From Candidatus Hadarchaeales archaeon (GTDB taxonomy: Archaea > Hadarchaeota > Hadarchaeia > Hadarchaeales > Hadarchaeaceae), in assembly GCA_038851075.1 (NCBI GenBank), contig JAWCLG010000010.1:1-36225 (forward strand): a stretch of DNA of 36,225 nt. Direction: 5' to 3'. Of the stretch, positions 8,949 through 16,634 are shown piece by piece. Below the pieces are notes generated by a model. That model was not told the DNA's origin. It saw nothing but the letters and a program-made list of their open reading frames with translations, and did no database searches. Within the stretch, counting starts at the first letter, position 1. Each line of letters opens with the position of its first letter. Position numbers and translations under genes: made by a program.

Positions 8949-9639
8949 GCCTTATCTTGATGGCAGGTTTTTTTCTTATCAGTTCGCTGAACACGTTTTC
9001 AAAGCTCTCATCAGGGGCCAGCTCCCTCCTCAGAAATATCCCGGTGTGGCCAATGTTCGCCCTCCTGGTGAGCACTTGGACCCTTTCCCTCACTATCCCC
9101 AGGCTGACCCCGACCTTCTCCGCAACCTCGGCCTCCCTGCCGATGACGCTGCTCTCAACATGTCCCTCCGGCGTAGGCTCGATCAGCATCAGCCTCTTAT
9201 CCACGCCAGGTACTCTGTGATTCCACACAAGGCTGTCAAACCCTATCGATCCGCCGAACCTGTAAAACTCTATTTCGAGCGCTTCTGGTCTTATCAGAGG
9301 GAATGTGACCGATCTGTTCTCTTCCAGGTACAGGTGGGCCTTGGGGAGCTGCCACGGGGTGGCCATGACTATCTCTCGTTTCAGGGGAGTGAACCCAGCG
9401 TCTTCTAGGGCAAGCTGCACCCTGAACGATGGAACATCAGACGGAATGAAAACGTCCACATCGCTGTCCTTATCAACGTCGCCGCGGGCCAGGCTACCGT
9501 GAATGATCGGGTTAAGGCCAGCATCCTGAAGCGGCTTCATTATGGACGCCGCCTCTCTTCTCAGCTCCTCCAGAGTTTTCCACCTCTCGCCCAGATAAAC
9601 GACCTCCCTGGCGTCCGGCACCCTCGCAGGTTTCACCAT
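8929..9639 (-). CDS. Predicted archaeal nucleotidyltransferase (Pol-beta superfamily, COG2413-like)
   Basis: HGSLARGDVDKDSDVD catalytic motif, plus EFYRFGG, RVPGVDKRL and GHTGIF. Confidence 0.85.
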   Translation of the reverse strand: MVKPARVPDAREVVYLGERWKTLEELRREAASIMKPLQDAGLNPIIHGSLARGDVDKDSDVDVFIPSDVPSFRVQLALEDAGFTPLKREIVMATPWQLPKAHLYLEENRSVTFPLIRPEALEIEFYRFGGSIGFDSLVWNHRVPGVDKRLMLIEPTPEGHVESSVIGREAEVAEKVGVSLGIVRERVQVLTRRANIGHTGIFLRRELAPDESFENVFSELIRKKPAIKIRLRKRPR

Positions 9640-9643
9640 GAAC

Positions 9644-9961
9644 TCAGCCCTTTCCGGTCTCGGCCTTCAGCCACTTGAGATATTCTTTAGAACCTCCGGA
9701 AACGTCTAGCACGAGAACTTCAGGCAGCTCATAGCTGTGCTTCTCCCTCAGCCTCCTCATGAGGTTCTTAATCCTGCTCTTTCTTGTTTTTATCAGAAGC
9801 AGCGCCTCCCTGCTCCTCTCAACTCTGCCCCGCCAGCGATAAATCGAAACTCCCGCCGGGATAACGGTGACGCACGCGGCCAGCCTCTCCTCCACAAGAG
9901 TCCTTCCTATGCGCATGGCTTCGGAACGACTACCGGCTGACGACAGAACTACGCAGAACAT
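9644..9961 (-). CDS. cutA: Divalent-cation tolerance protein CutA
   Basis: Motifs LVEERLAACV, SIYRWRG, LLIKT, HSYELPEV and YLKWL. Start trimmed to ATG 9961. Confidence 0.93.
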   Translation of the reverse strand: MFCVVLSSAGSRSEAMRIGRTLVEERLAACVTVIPAGVSIYRWRGRVERSREALLLIKTRKSRIKNLMRRLREKHSYELPEVLVLDVSGGSKEYLKWLKAETGKG

Positions 9962-10021
9962 CAGTAAACCCGTGCACTGGAATCTGTTTAAGTTTTGTGC
10001 ATATAATTGATTGGTGGCAAA

Positions 10022-11197
10022 ATGATGGACGTGCTGTTCATACTGGCCATCCTGATAATGTGCTGGAATGCCGTGGGGCTCATCGACAGGTGGTTCTCCC
10101 TGAAAAAGCACGGTTTTACTGTGGCACCGGGGTACATAATGTGGAAGACGGAGAGAGGGCTCAGCTTCATCGACCGCATCGCCTGCTTCTCCAAAAGAGG
10201 CTGGATAGCTTACGGTGACCTTGCGGCGATCTGCGGATTCGTGATGATGGGTTTCATATTCGTCATGCTGATACTCAACTTCATTTTAATGCTTACAACG
10301 CCGCTGAGGACACCCGGAGTAATGCTGGTCTACCCGGGGCTGATCCCCTGGCTCCCCATAGTGCCTTGGCTGGTCGCGGTTGGTTTCCTTCTTGTGGTCC
10401 ACGAGTTCTCACACGGAATTCTCCTGAGGGCGCAGGACCTGAGGACCAAGTCTATAGGAGGAATGGTTATCTTCGTACTTTTCGGGGCTTTTGTGGAGCC
10501 CGACGAAAAACAGCTCGAGAACTCAGCACCGTCCAAAAGGATGAGAGTATACGCCGCAGGATCAATGGCCAACATTCTCCTAGCATTCATCTCGCTCGCG
10601 CTTATCCTCGTGCTGCTCACGCCCAAACCCGGAGTTTACGTCTGGGCGTCCTCCACTGAGTACGCAGATATCTTTCCTCCGGGGGCAAGGATATACTCGG
10701 TCAACGGGATCCAGATTAACAGCATCGATAACTTCTCAAGCGCTTTCAAAGGTCTGATGCCCGGTGATAACGTGTCGCTGATCGTGGAAGAAAGAGAACT
10801 GACCCTGACGCTGGAACATGTTCCCGACAACGAGAACAGAATATATCTGCCGGTAGCGATAATGTCGGCACCGCCGTCATCCAACTTCCTGAACCCGCTG
10901 TACGCCGCCGGAGCTGCGATGGCAGAGCTGACCGGATCACCCGTATTCCACCAGTACATATACAACAGTGCCGTGCCGTGGTTGCTGATCGACATTCTGA
11001 AGTGGATATTCATACTTAACCTGGGTGTGGGGCTCTTCAACATGCTCCCCGCGGTTCCGCTTGACGGAGGCTACATGCTCAGGGCGCTGCTCGAAAAAAG
11101 GGCATCAAAGAGCGCTGCGAAAAAGGCTGTCCGTCTGATCTCATTCGTCGTGCTGATTCTGATAGTTCTGAACTTCGTTCCGTCATTTTTGAGGTGA
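10022..11197 (+). CDS. Site-2 protease (M50) with PDZ-like insert
   Basis: HEFSH zinc motif, GAFVEPD, AAGSMAN and NMLPAVPLDGG. Confidence 0.93.
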   Translation: MMDVLFILAILIMCWNAVGLIDRWFSLKKHGFTVAPGYIMWKTERGLSFIDRIACFSKRGWIAYGDLAAICGFVMMGFIFVMLILNFILMLTTPLRTPGVMLVYPGLIPWLPIVPWLVAVGFLLVVHEFSHGILLRAQDLRTKSIGGMVIFVLFGAFVEPDEKQLENSAPSKRMRVYAAGSMANILLAFISLALILVLLTPKPGVYVWASSTEYADIFPPGARIYSVNGIQINSIDNFSSAFKGLMPGDNVSLIVEERELTLTLEHVPDNENRIYLPVAIMSAPPSSNFLNPLYAAGAAMAELTGSPVFHQYIYNSAVPWLLIDILKWIFILNLGVGLFNMLPAVPLDGGYMLRALLEKRASKSAAKKAVRLISFVVLILIVLNFVPSFLR

Positions 11198-11201
11198 TTA
11201 T

Positions 11202-11414
11202 ATGAAACGCGTTTCCGTGAGGGTGAAAATCGCCGGAAGCGGTAAAAAAACCCTGCGCATAAAAAAGGGTTCAACGGCGGTGGACCTGATCAAATGTCTT
11301 GGACTGAACAGGGAAACCGTTGTCGTGATGATAAACGGGCGTGTATGCCCTGAAGAGGAAACTCTGAAGGGCGGGGAAGATGTGGAGATAGTAAAGGTAG
11401 TCACAGGTGGATAA
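11202..11414 (+). CDS. Ubiquitin-like sulfur carrier (SAMP/ThiS/MoaD family)
   Basis: 70-aa beta-grasp-like protein ending in VTGG, with a GAGGTGA SD, directly upstream of a tRNA thiolase. Confidence 0.9.
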   Translation: MKRVSVRVKIAGSGKKTLRIKKGSTAVDLIKCLGLNRETVVVMINGRVCPEEETLKGGEDVEIVKVVTGG

Positions 11415-11416
11415 GG

Positions 11417-12367
11417 ATGTTGACCTGCTCGAAATGCGGGCGACGCGCCGTTTATCACATGAGATATGCCGGGATTTTTCTCTGCGACAGGTGCCTGATC
11501 AGAACCGTGGAGAGCAGGTTCAGGAAAACCGTGGCGATGCACAGGCTCATAAATCCCGGGGACAGGATCGCTGTTGCCGTCTCAGGCGGAAAGGACAGCG
11601 TTAGCTGCATGCGTCTGCTGGCCGGATACTGCTCAGGTAAGAGGTGCGAGCTGGTCGCGATAACCGTTGATGAGGGAATAAAAGGTTACAGGAGCGAAGG
11701 GCTAAGGCTCGCGATAAAAAACGCCAGAGAACTCGGCGTTGAGCACTTCACGGTCAGGTTCAGGGACGTGCTGGGGTCAACCCTGGACGCGATGGTTAAA
11801 AAATCCGCGCATAAAAGCGGCATGAACCCCTGCACGCTGTGCGGGGTGATACGCAGGGCCCTCCTCAATCGCGCCGCTAAAAAGCTGGACGCGCAGAAGC
11901 TGGCGACAGCCCACAACATGGACGATGAGGTTCAGGCCATAATGCTGAACTACGTGAGATCCGACTTTTCCAGGCTCTACAGACTGGGGCCCAAATATGA
12001 GGCCAAGAGGGGTTTTGTTCCGAGGATTAAACCGCTGAGAGAGATCCCAGAAAAGGAGATGGCGCTCTACGCGATGCTGAGCGGAATCGAGGTCCATCTT
12101 GGAACATGCCCCTACTCGGGAGGCCTCCACTCAGAGATAAGGGACTTTCTTAACTCGCTCGAGGAAAACCACCCGAACTCAAAATTCATGATCCTGAGGA
12201 TGTTCGACCGGATGAAGCCTTTTCTCTCAAAGGCCGCCGGAAAGGCTGATCTGGGGGAATGCGAGGTCTGCGGGGAGCCAACCCCATCACGGCTGTGCAA
12301 GGCGTGCTCGCTTTCTCGGGAGCTGGGCCTGACCAGCAAAGACCTTATTATCAGGAGTTCAAGCTAA
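11417..12367 (+). CDS. ncsA: tRNA 2-thiolation enzyme NcsA/TtuA (Ncs6/Ctu1-like, TIGR00269-type)
   Basis: N-terminal CxxC...CxxC, PP-loop SGGKDS, CTLCGV.RR, TAHNMDD, CPY and a C-terminal CxxC...CxxC. Confidence 0.9.
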   Translation: MLTCSKCGRRAVYHMRYAGIFLCDRCLIRTVESRFRKTVAMHRLINPGDRIAVAVSGGKDSVSCMRLLAGYCSGKRCELVAITVDEGIKGYRSEGLRLAIKNARELGVEHFTVRFRDVLGSTLDAMVKKSAHKSGMNPCTLCGVIRRALLNRAAKKLDAQKLATAHNMDDEVQAIMLNYVRSDFSRLYRLGPKYEAKRGFVPRIKPLREIPEKEMALYAMLSGIEVHLGTCPYSGGLHSEIRDFLNSLEENHPNSKFMILRMFDRMKPFLSKAAGKADLGECEVCGEPTPSRLCKACSLSRELGLTSKDLIIRSSS

Positions 12368-12370
12368 AAA

Positions 12371-12705
12371 CGGCGACGAGCTAGGCGGGCCGCTACCCCT
12401 GGCCTGTAACCACAAATGGGGTTCACGGTGGGCCGAAGCTTGAGGAAGGCGCTGGAACTGCACGCTAGGCCCGGTTTCCGGCGTGGATGCCACGTCCTGC
12501 CGGGCCGGCGGAGGCGGGGCCCTGTCCGCAGGGTCAGGGAGAACCGCCCTCACCTGGCGAATCCCCCAGGGGCGGAAGATCGGAAAAACCGATCCGAATC
12601 AGCAAGGGTAGTCAGGACGTTTGGCGCTGGCAGCCAACGGGGCGGAGCTTGGAGCCGGTAACCGGCGTGCGGAGAAGGCGTCGACCCCGGGCGCGCTCGT
12701 CGCCG
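12371..12705 (+). ncRNA. ffs: Archaeal SRP (7S) RNA containing a 20-nt insertion/intron in helix 8
   Basis: Helix 1 CGGCGACGAGC/GCTCGTCGCCG (11 bp). Alu domain GGGCC..GGCCT-GTAA-CCAC..GTGG with loop-loop complementarity ACCCC/GGGGT. Helix 6 CCCTGTCC-GCAG-GGTCAGGG (GNAR loop). S-domain ACCTGGCGAA...CAGG...AGCA...TAGTCAGGACG. Length is 335 nt, or 315 nt without the insert. Confidence 0.93.
12579..12598 (+). other. Putative BHB intron within SRP RNA helix 8
   Basis: ATCGGAAAAACCGATCCGAA. Central helix CGGA/TCCG, bulges AG^A and AA^T, inner helix TCGG/CCGA. Excision yields CAGG-GGC-GGAA-GTC-AGCA. Confidence 0.8.
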
Positions 12706-12770
12706 CTTTAAAATCGAAAATTTCGGTACCGGGTACCTGCCATATCGACCAAAAATCTGCATATGGGTTA

Positions 12771-12778
12771 CTTATAAA
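12771..12778 (+). promoter_or_regulatory. TATA box of tRNA-Ser
   Basis: CTTATAAA lies about 27-34 nt upstream of tRNA G1. Confidence 0.55.
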
Positions 12779-12804
12779 GAATAAACTGTTTGATTTTATA
12801 TCAA

Positions 12805-12907
12805 GCCGGGGTGGCCCAGCCAGGTAAGGCGCAGGGTTGCTATGGAAGCCGCAAATACCCTGTTGCGCTCTCGCGCATCGTGGGTTCAAATCCCACCCCC
12901 GGCGCCA
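12805..12907 (+). tRNA. tRNA-Ser(GCU) with canonical 37/38 intron (12843-12856), CCA encoded
   Basis: Acceptor GCCGGGG/CCCCGGC, G73, long variable arm, anticodon arm CAGGG-TTGCTA^A-CCCTG. The BHB central helix is TTGC/GCAA. Confidence 0.93.
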
Positions 12908-12927
12908 CTCACGCTCAGGTGCAGGAA

Positions 12928-14088
12928 ATGCCAAAAGGTCAGTCGTTCACGGGGAAGGTGCTGTTCCAGTACTTTTACGATATCGGAGGAGACATTGATC
13001 TCGAAAATCTTCCTTCAGAAAAACTCAACGTGGTGGAGAGAACGCGCCCTAAAACCACGCGTATTCTGGCCCCAAAGTATGAAGAGATCGGACTAAAACC
13101 AGTGGAGGTAAACCTGGGACAAGTTGAAATGAGCGGCTTAAAGTTCGCGGTGAGTGGTAAAATCTTTCCGATAGGGGTGATAGAGATATGCCTTTCAACA
13201 GACTTCAAGGGTATCGGAATCGAGGATCTGATAAAGCTTGTATGCGTTAATGAGGAGAAGATCAGGAGCGGAAGCTCGGAAAAGGATTTCGACGAGGTTC
13301 CCCTGGAATTCTTCAGGGAAATTAAGTCGACCATAAAACGTGCAATTGTATACCCGTATCCCCAGTTCGAGAACCCGGAGGTATACACAGTTGTCGTTCT
13401 GTCTGAAACGGAACCGCAGATGCGCGCAAAGGATTTCATGAAGAGGTACAGAAAAATGACAGCGGGAATACTGAGAGGCGAGAAGGAGTGGCTCTCGCTG
13501 AGCGACAGGGAAGTGGACGACGCTCTGAAGTTCTACCTGAGCTACTCCGACAAAGAGATAGTGATAGTTGACTGGTACTCTGCGCTTGTAAGCGGTGGAT
13601 CGGAGTACGTGGATGAACTCGTGGGAATGATGGAGCTTGCGAAGATACAGCTTCTGGAGCTCAAAACCTACGACAGACTCCTTGACAGAAGAATCGAGAA
13701 AGCGTACGAATCACTCCGCTCGGTTTTCACCGGGTCCCGTATCGGAATAGCCTGGCTGAGCAGGACATACGGGGAGCTGTCAAAAACCGCAAGCGAGCTC
13801 GCCGAACTGAGGATCGAGGTCATGGACTACGTTGGAGACCTGCGAAATATACTAAAGTTCACCGGTGAGTGGTACCTTGGCAAACTCTACCGTGCCGCAA
13901 GCGAAAGGTTCAGGGTCGGGGACTGGCTGGTTCTGGTCGATAAAAAGCTCGACCAGCTGCAGGACCTGTACGCAATCGCCATGGAGCGGGTCGATGTCCA
14001 CAGGGCGACCAGCCTTGAGTTCCTCGTCATACTGCTCATAATCTCGCTTGTTATACTGGAGATACTGATGGTGCTGCAGAAGATCTAA
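12928..14088 (+). CDS. Conserved hypothetical protein with C-terminal TM helix (RMD1/DUF155-like, tentative)
   Basis: Long ORF; true start taken as ATG 12928, just after tRNA-Ser. It has YDIGGDIDL, IVIVDW..AL, QLLELKTYD, YLGKLYRAASERF and a terminal LEFLVILLII. Confidence 0.65.
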   Translation: MPKGQSFTGKVLFQYFYDIGGDIDLENLPSEKLNVVERTRPKTTRILAPKYEEIGLKPVEVNLGQVEMSGLKFAVSGKIFPIGVIEICLSTDFKGIGIEDLIKLVCVNEEKIRSGSSEKDFDEVPLEFFREIKSTIKRAIVYPYPQFENPEVYTVVVLSETEPQMRAKDFMKRYRKMTAGILRGEKEWLSLSDREVDDALKFYLSYSDKEIVIVDWYSALVSGGSEYVDELVGMMELAKIQLLELKTYDRLLDRRIEKAYESLRSVFTGSRIGIAWLSRTYGELSKTASELAELRIEVMDYVGDLRNILKFTGEWYLGKLYRAASERFRVGDWLVLVDKKLDQLQDLYAIAMERVDVHRATSLEFLVILLIISLVILEILMVLQKI

Positions 14089-14130
14089 AAAACCGAAAAA
14101 TCGTTTAAGGATGGGCACAGAATTTCAACC

Positions 14131-14203
14131 GGGCCCGTAGTCCAGTGGTCAAGACGCTACCCTTACAAGGTAGAGATCCGGGGTTCGAATCCCCGCGGGC
14201 CCA
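14131..14203 (+). tRNA. tRNA-Val(UAC), intronless, CCA not encoded
   Basis: GGGCCCG/CGGGCCC, anticodon arm CTACC-CTTACAA-GGTAG, T-arm CGGGG-TTCGAAT-CCCCG, A73. TTTAAG upstream near 14104. Confidence 0.95.
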
Positions 14204-14245
14204 TCAGGGGCTTTTAACTGACCGATACCTAATAAAAACAATTGG

Positions 14246-14863
14246 ATGAAAAACAAAAAATACCTCATTACCGCCGCCATTCTGGCCCTGATCGCCGTGG
14301 CCGCGTTCATCCTTCTCGCTTTTGGAAAGATGCTTCCGGGGGAAAACGTCTCCGGAGGAGAAAACGATGGCAACTTTCCTGGCGGTGAAAATGTTGCTGA
14401 GGGAGCAATTTTCATATTTTACGAGCCAGTGACCGTGGATTTCAGGCACCCTGATGATATAGATCCCGGGATCCTGCCGCCCACTCCTGAAAACGTTCCG
14501 GTATACGACCTTATGATAAAATCCTACGACTTCAATCCGGAGAAAACCGGATTCGTGGACGAAACGGCTGCTGACGACGAAAATTGGTGCAGGATAAAGC
14601 AAATTACCCCCAACATGTGGGCGTACTACTTTGAGGACTATCACTATGAATTAAAGTGGGAAAACGGTGAAAGGTGGAATCCTGACTTTAACGATGTCGT
14701 GGTGATCCTGTGGAAAACTGAAAACGCTTTCAGGATTAGGATCAAAGCATCGATCTCGACATTCAGAAACGAGCTCTGGGTTGCGGGAGAGAAAATGTGC
14801 GAGAACGTGGCGGCCCGGGCGGATGAAGTTTTTGAAGCTGAAACCATTCCGAGGTTAAGGTGA
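14246..14863 (+). CDS. Exported or membrane-anchored hypothetical protein (FED...DFND motif, DUF4114-like)
   Basis: Basic N-terminus plus hydrophobic stretch, an acidic body, and YFED....PDFNDVVV. Confidence 0.65.
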   Translation: MKNKKYLITAAILALIAVAAFILLAFGKMLPGENVSGGENDGNFPGGENVAEGAIFIFYEPVTVDFRHPDDIDPGILPPTPENVPVYDLMIKSYDFNPEKTGFVDETAADDENWCRIKQITPNMWAYYFEDYHYELKWENGERWNPDFNDVVVILWKTENAFRIRIKASISTFRNELWVAGEKMCENVAARADEVFEAETIPRLR

Positions 14864-15388
14864 GCGCTTGCCGGAGCGCAATTCTTCAATTTCTCCGTGC
14901 AGGCGCTTCAAGCGCTCTATCGCGGGATGATCCGGTCCAAGTTCCTCCCTGAACCTCTCAAGGACCTTCTCGTAGGAAACGACCCTTTTTCCGTCAACCA
15001 GCTTGTCTGCATACGCCACAATTTTCTCCTCAATCGTGGTGGGAATGTAGTCCTTCCTCTTGAGGCCGAGAGCCTCCGCCTCTTCAGCTGGTATGCCTGC
15101 TCCGATGTGCCTCTCCGCAAAACTGGAGAGAGATCCCAGACCCATTTCTCTCAGTATCTTGGCCCCTGTCACGCCGTGCTCTATTCCATGAGTCTCGGAC
15201 CGCCCGATATCGTGGACCAGCGCTCCCATACTGACGAGCGCTCTGTCAACCTCATGACCGTTCTCCGCAATTTCATCCGCGATCCTGTTGGCCAGTCGCT
15301 CAACTGCTTTGCAGTGCTCTATAACCTCGACGGGACATCCTGCCTTCCTGAGCGCTCTGGTCAGGTGCTTTCTCTCCAAGATAATCAC
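14855..15388 (-). CDS. HD-domain (HDIG) phosphohydrolase, TIGR00295-like
   Basis: Motifs HC, LVHDIGRS..HG..HG, ERHIGAGI and EEKIVAYADKL. Start is approximate. Confidence 0.9.
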   Translation of the reverse strand: MIILERKHLTRALRKAGCPVEVIEHCKAVERLANRIADEIAENGHEVDRALVSMGALVHDIGRSETHGIEHGVTGAKILREMGLGSLSSFAERHIGAGIPAEEAEALGLKRKDYIPTTIEEKIVAYADKLVDGKRVVSYEKVLERFREELGPDHPAIERLKRLHGEIEELRSGKRSP

Positions 15389-15413
15389 ACCCGAGATAGA
15401 TGGCCGGGCACCC

Positions 15414-15599
15414 TCACCTAACTTTGAGCGCATATCTTCCCGGTTTGTCAACTCCGAGTCTTTTTGCGATTTCAGAACCAGAAGGATCGAGGACTACAAC
15501 GTATCCGGTCCAGTCCTTCGAAAGAGAGTTGCTCCCGCAGTTGGGGCAGACTTTTTCCTCTGTGACGAACTTGCAGTTCTTGCAGGCTCTTTCAATCAC
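15414..15599 (-). CDS. spt4: Transcription elongation factor Spt4 (RpoE'')
   Basis: ACKNC...CPNCGS, W.G.VVVLDP..SEIAK and PGRYALKVR. Confidence 0.97.
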   Translation of the reverse strand: MIERACKNCKFVTEEKVCPNCGSNSLSKDWTGYVVVLDPSGSEIAKRLGVDKPGRYALKVR

Positions 15600-16150
15600 G
15601 CTTTGCCCTCCTTGCCCTTTTCACTCCACTCCGGCTTTCCCAGACCAGGTTGTCTCATCGTGAGCCCTATCTTCTCCCCCTTGGCGCCGCGCTTCAGGCT
15701 GACAGTGACTATGCGCGCCAGGACACGGTCACCCTCCTTCAACACCCTTTTGGACTCCTTTCCGTAGAGAACTCCCTTCTTCTTGTCATAACCGACGAAA
15801 TCGTCCATCACCTGAGAGACGTGCACGAGTCCGTCCACGGGGCCAATTCTGATGAAAGCCCCGAACTCCACTATCTCCACAACCTCACCCATCACCAGCT
15901 CGTTGACCTCGGGCTTGTAGACCAGCGCCTCGAAAACCACATCATGATAGCTCGCCCCGTCACCCATTATGACACGGCCCACCCCGACCTCCTTAAGCCC
16001 GGTTATTGCCAGTACAACACCCACATCTTTGTCTGCGGCCCCGCAGTAGTTCTTGTTGAGCAGATCCACTATAACCTCCTCGACTGGCTCAGAGAACCTG
16101 TTTGGAGGAACACGCACCGTGTCCTCAACCGTTATTATCCTGAACCCCAT
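15596..16150 (-). CDS. rpoE: RNA polymerase subunit E' (Rpo7)
   Basis: DTVRVPP, GDGASY, S1 domain [23 protein letters not shown] and [13 protein letters not shown]. Confidence 0.97.
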   Translation of the reverse strand: MGFRIITVEDTVRVPPNRFSEPVEEVIVDLLNKNYCGAADKDVGVVLAITGLKEVGVGRVIMGDGASYHDVVFEALVYKPEVNELVMGEVVEIVEFGAFIRIGPVDGLVHVSQVMDDFVGYDKKKGVLYGKESKRVLKEGDRVLARIVTVSLKRGAKGEKIGLTMRQPGLGKPEWSEKGKEGKA

Positions 16151-16230
16151 ATTCTGCCTCCCTATGCCTGAATATGCTTCCAAATATCCCTTTTTCTTTT
16201 ATCCGCATCCTTATAAAGGGTCGTTGTCCA

Positions 16231-16623
16231 TCATTTTCCGGCACCGGAGCCGCGACTGACCGCCAGACGCGACATTCCTCTCAGAAAAATAACCGTTACG
16301 CCTTTTTCTCTGAGTTTTCTTTTTAGTTCGCCGTCATTTGTCGCCACCGCCCACCCGTTTTTCGCGGCGATATCCAGTATCGCATCGTCCGCATTTCCCC
16401 TCACATTCAGAACCTCGGCACGGGAAACGAGTTTAAGCCCGATCCTCGCGGCAGCTCTCTCCCTGGGGCTGCCTGACTCGGAAATCCGTTTTAGCTCTTC
16501 GACAACGCATGAAGGCACAATGAGCTCAAATTTTTCCTCAACAACTCTCCCGAGCTCCTCAGACACATCGATATTGAAAAAGCCTGGAACCATCAGGAAG
16601 CTCGTATCTGCCACTATTTTCAT
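16231..16623 (-). CDS. PIN-domain protein (Fcf1/Utp24-like)
   Basis: ADTSFLM, VVEEL, ADDAIL and ATNDGELK. Conserved position downstream of eif2g. Confidence 0.9.
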   Translation of the reverse strand: MKIVADTSFLMVPGFFNIDVSEELGRVVEEKFELIVPSCVVEELKRISESGSPRERAAARIGLKLVSRAEVLNVRGNADDAILDIAAKNGWAVATNDGELKRKLREKGVTVIFLRGMSRLAVSRGSGAGK

Positions 16624-16634
16624 CCAGCTCACGA

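Noticed and set aside
12371-12705. RNase P RNA, or protein-coding ORFs (12359-12553, 12416-12661, 12487-12711, 12550-12762) in the GC-rich gap
   Set aside because: No RNase P P4 consensus is present. The Alu and S-domain features fit SRP RNA, and the ORFs are shadows of GC-rich structured RNA.
12361-12715. Terminal BHB for circularization or permutation of the SRP RNA
   Set aside because: Domain order is canonical, and the flanks of helix 1 do not form a recognizable BHB.
12715-12737. Short palindromes CGAAAATTTCG and GGTACCGGGTACC between the SRP RNA and tRNA-Ser
   Set aside because: They are too short, and no second copy was noticed to support a binding-site call.
12790-12927. N-terminal extension of ORF 12790-14088
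   Set aside because: It overlaps tRNA-Ser entirely; ATG 12928 is the plausible start.
14131-14863. Integrated element at tRNA-Val
   Set aside because: No integrase and no duplicated tRNA 3' end (att site) were seen in the window.
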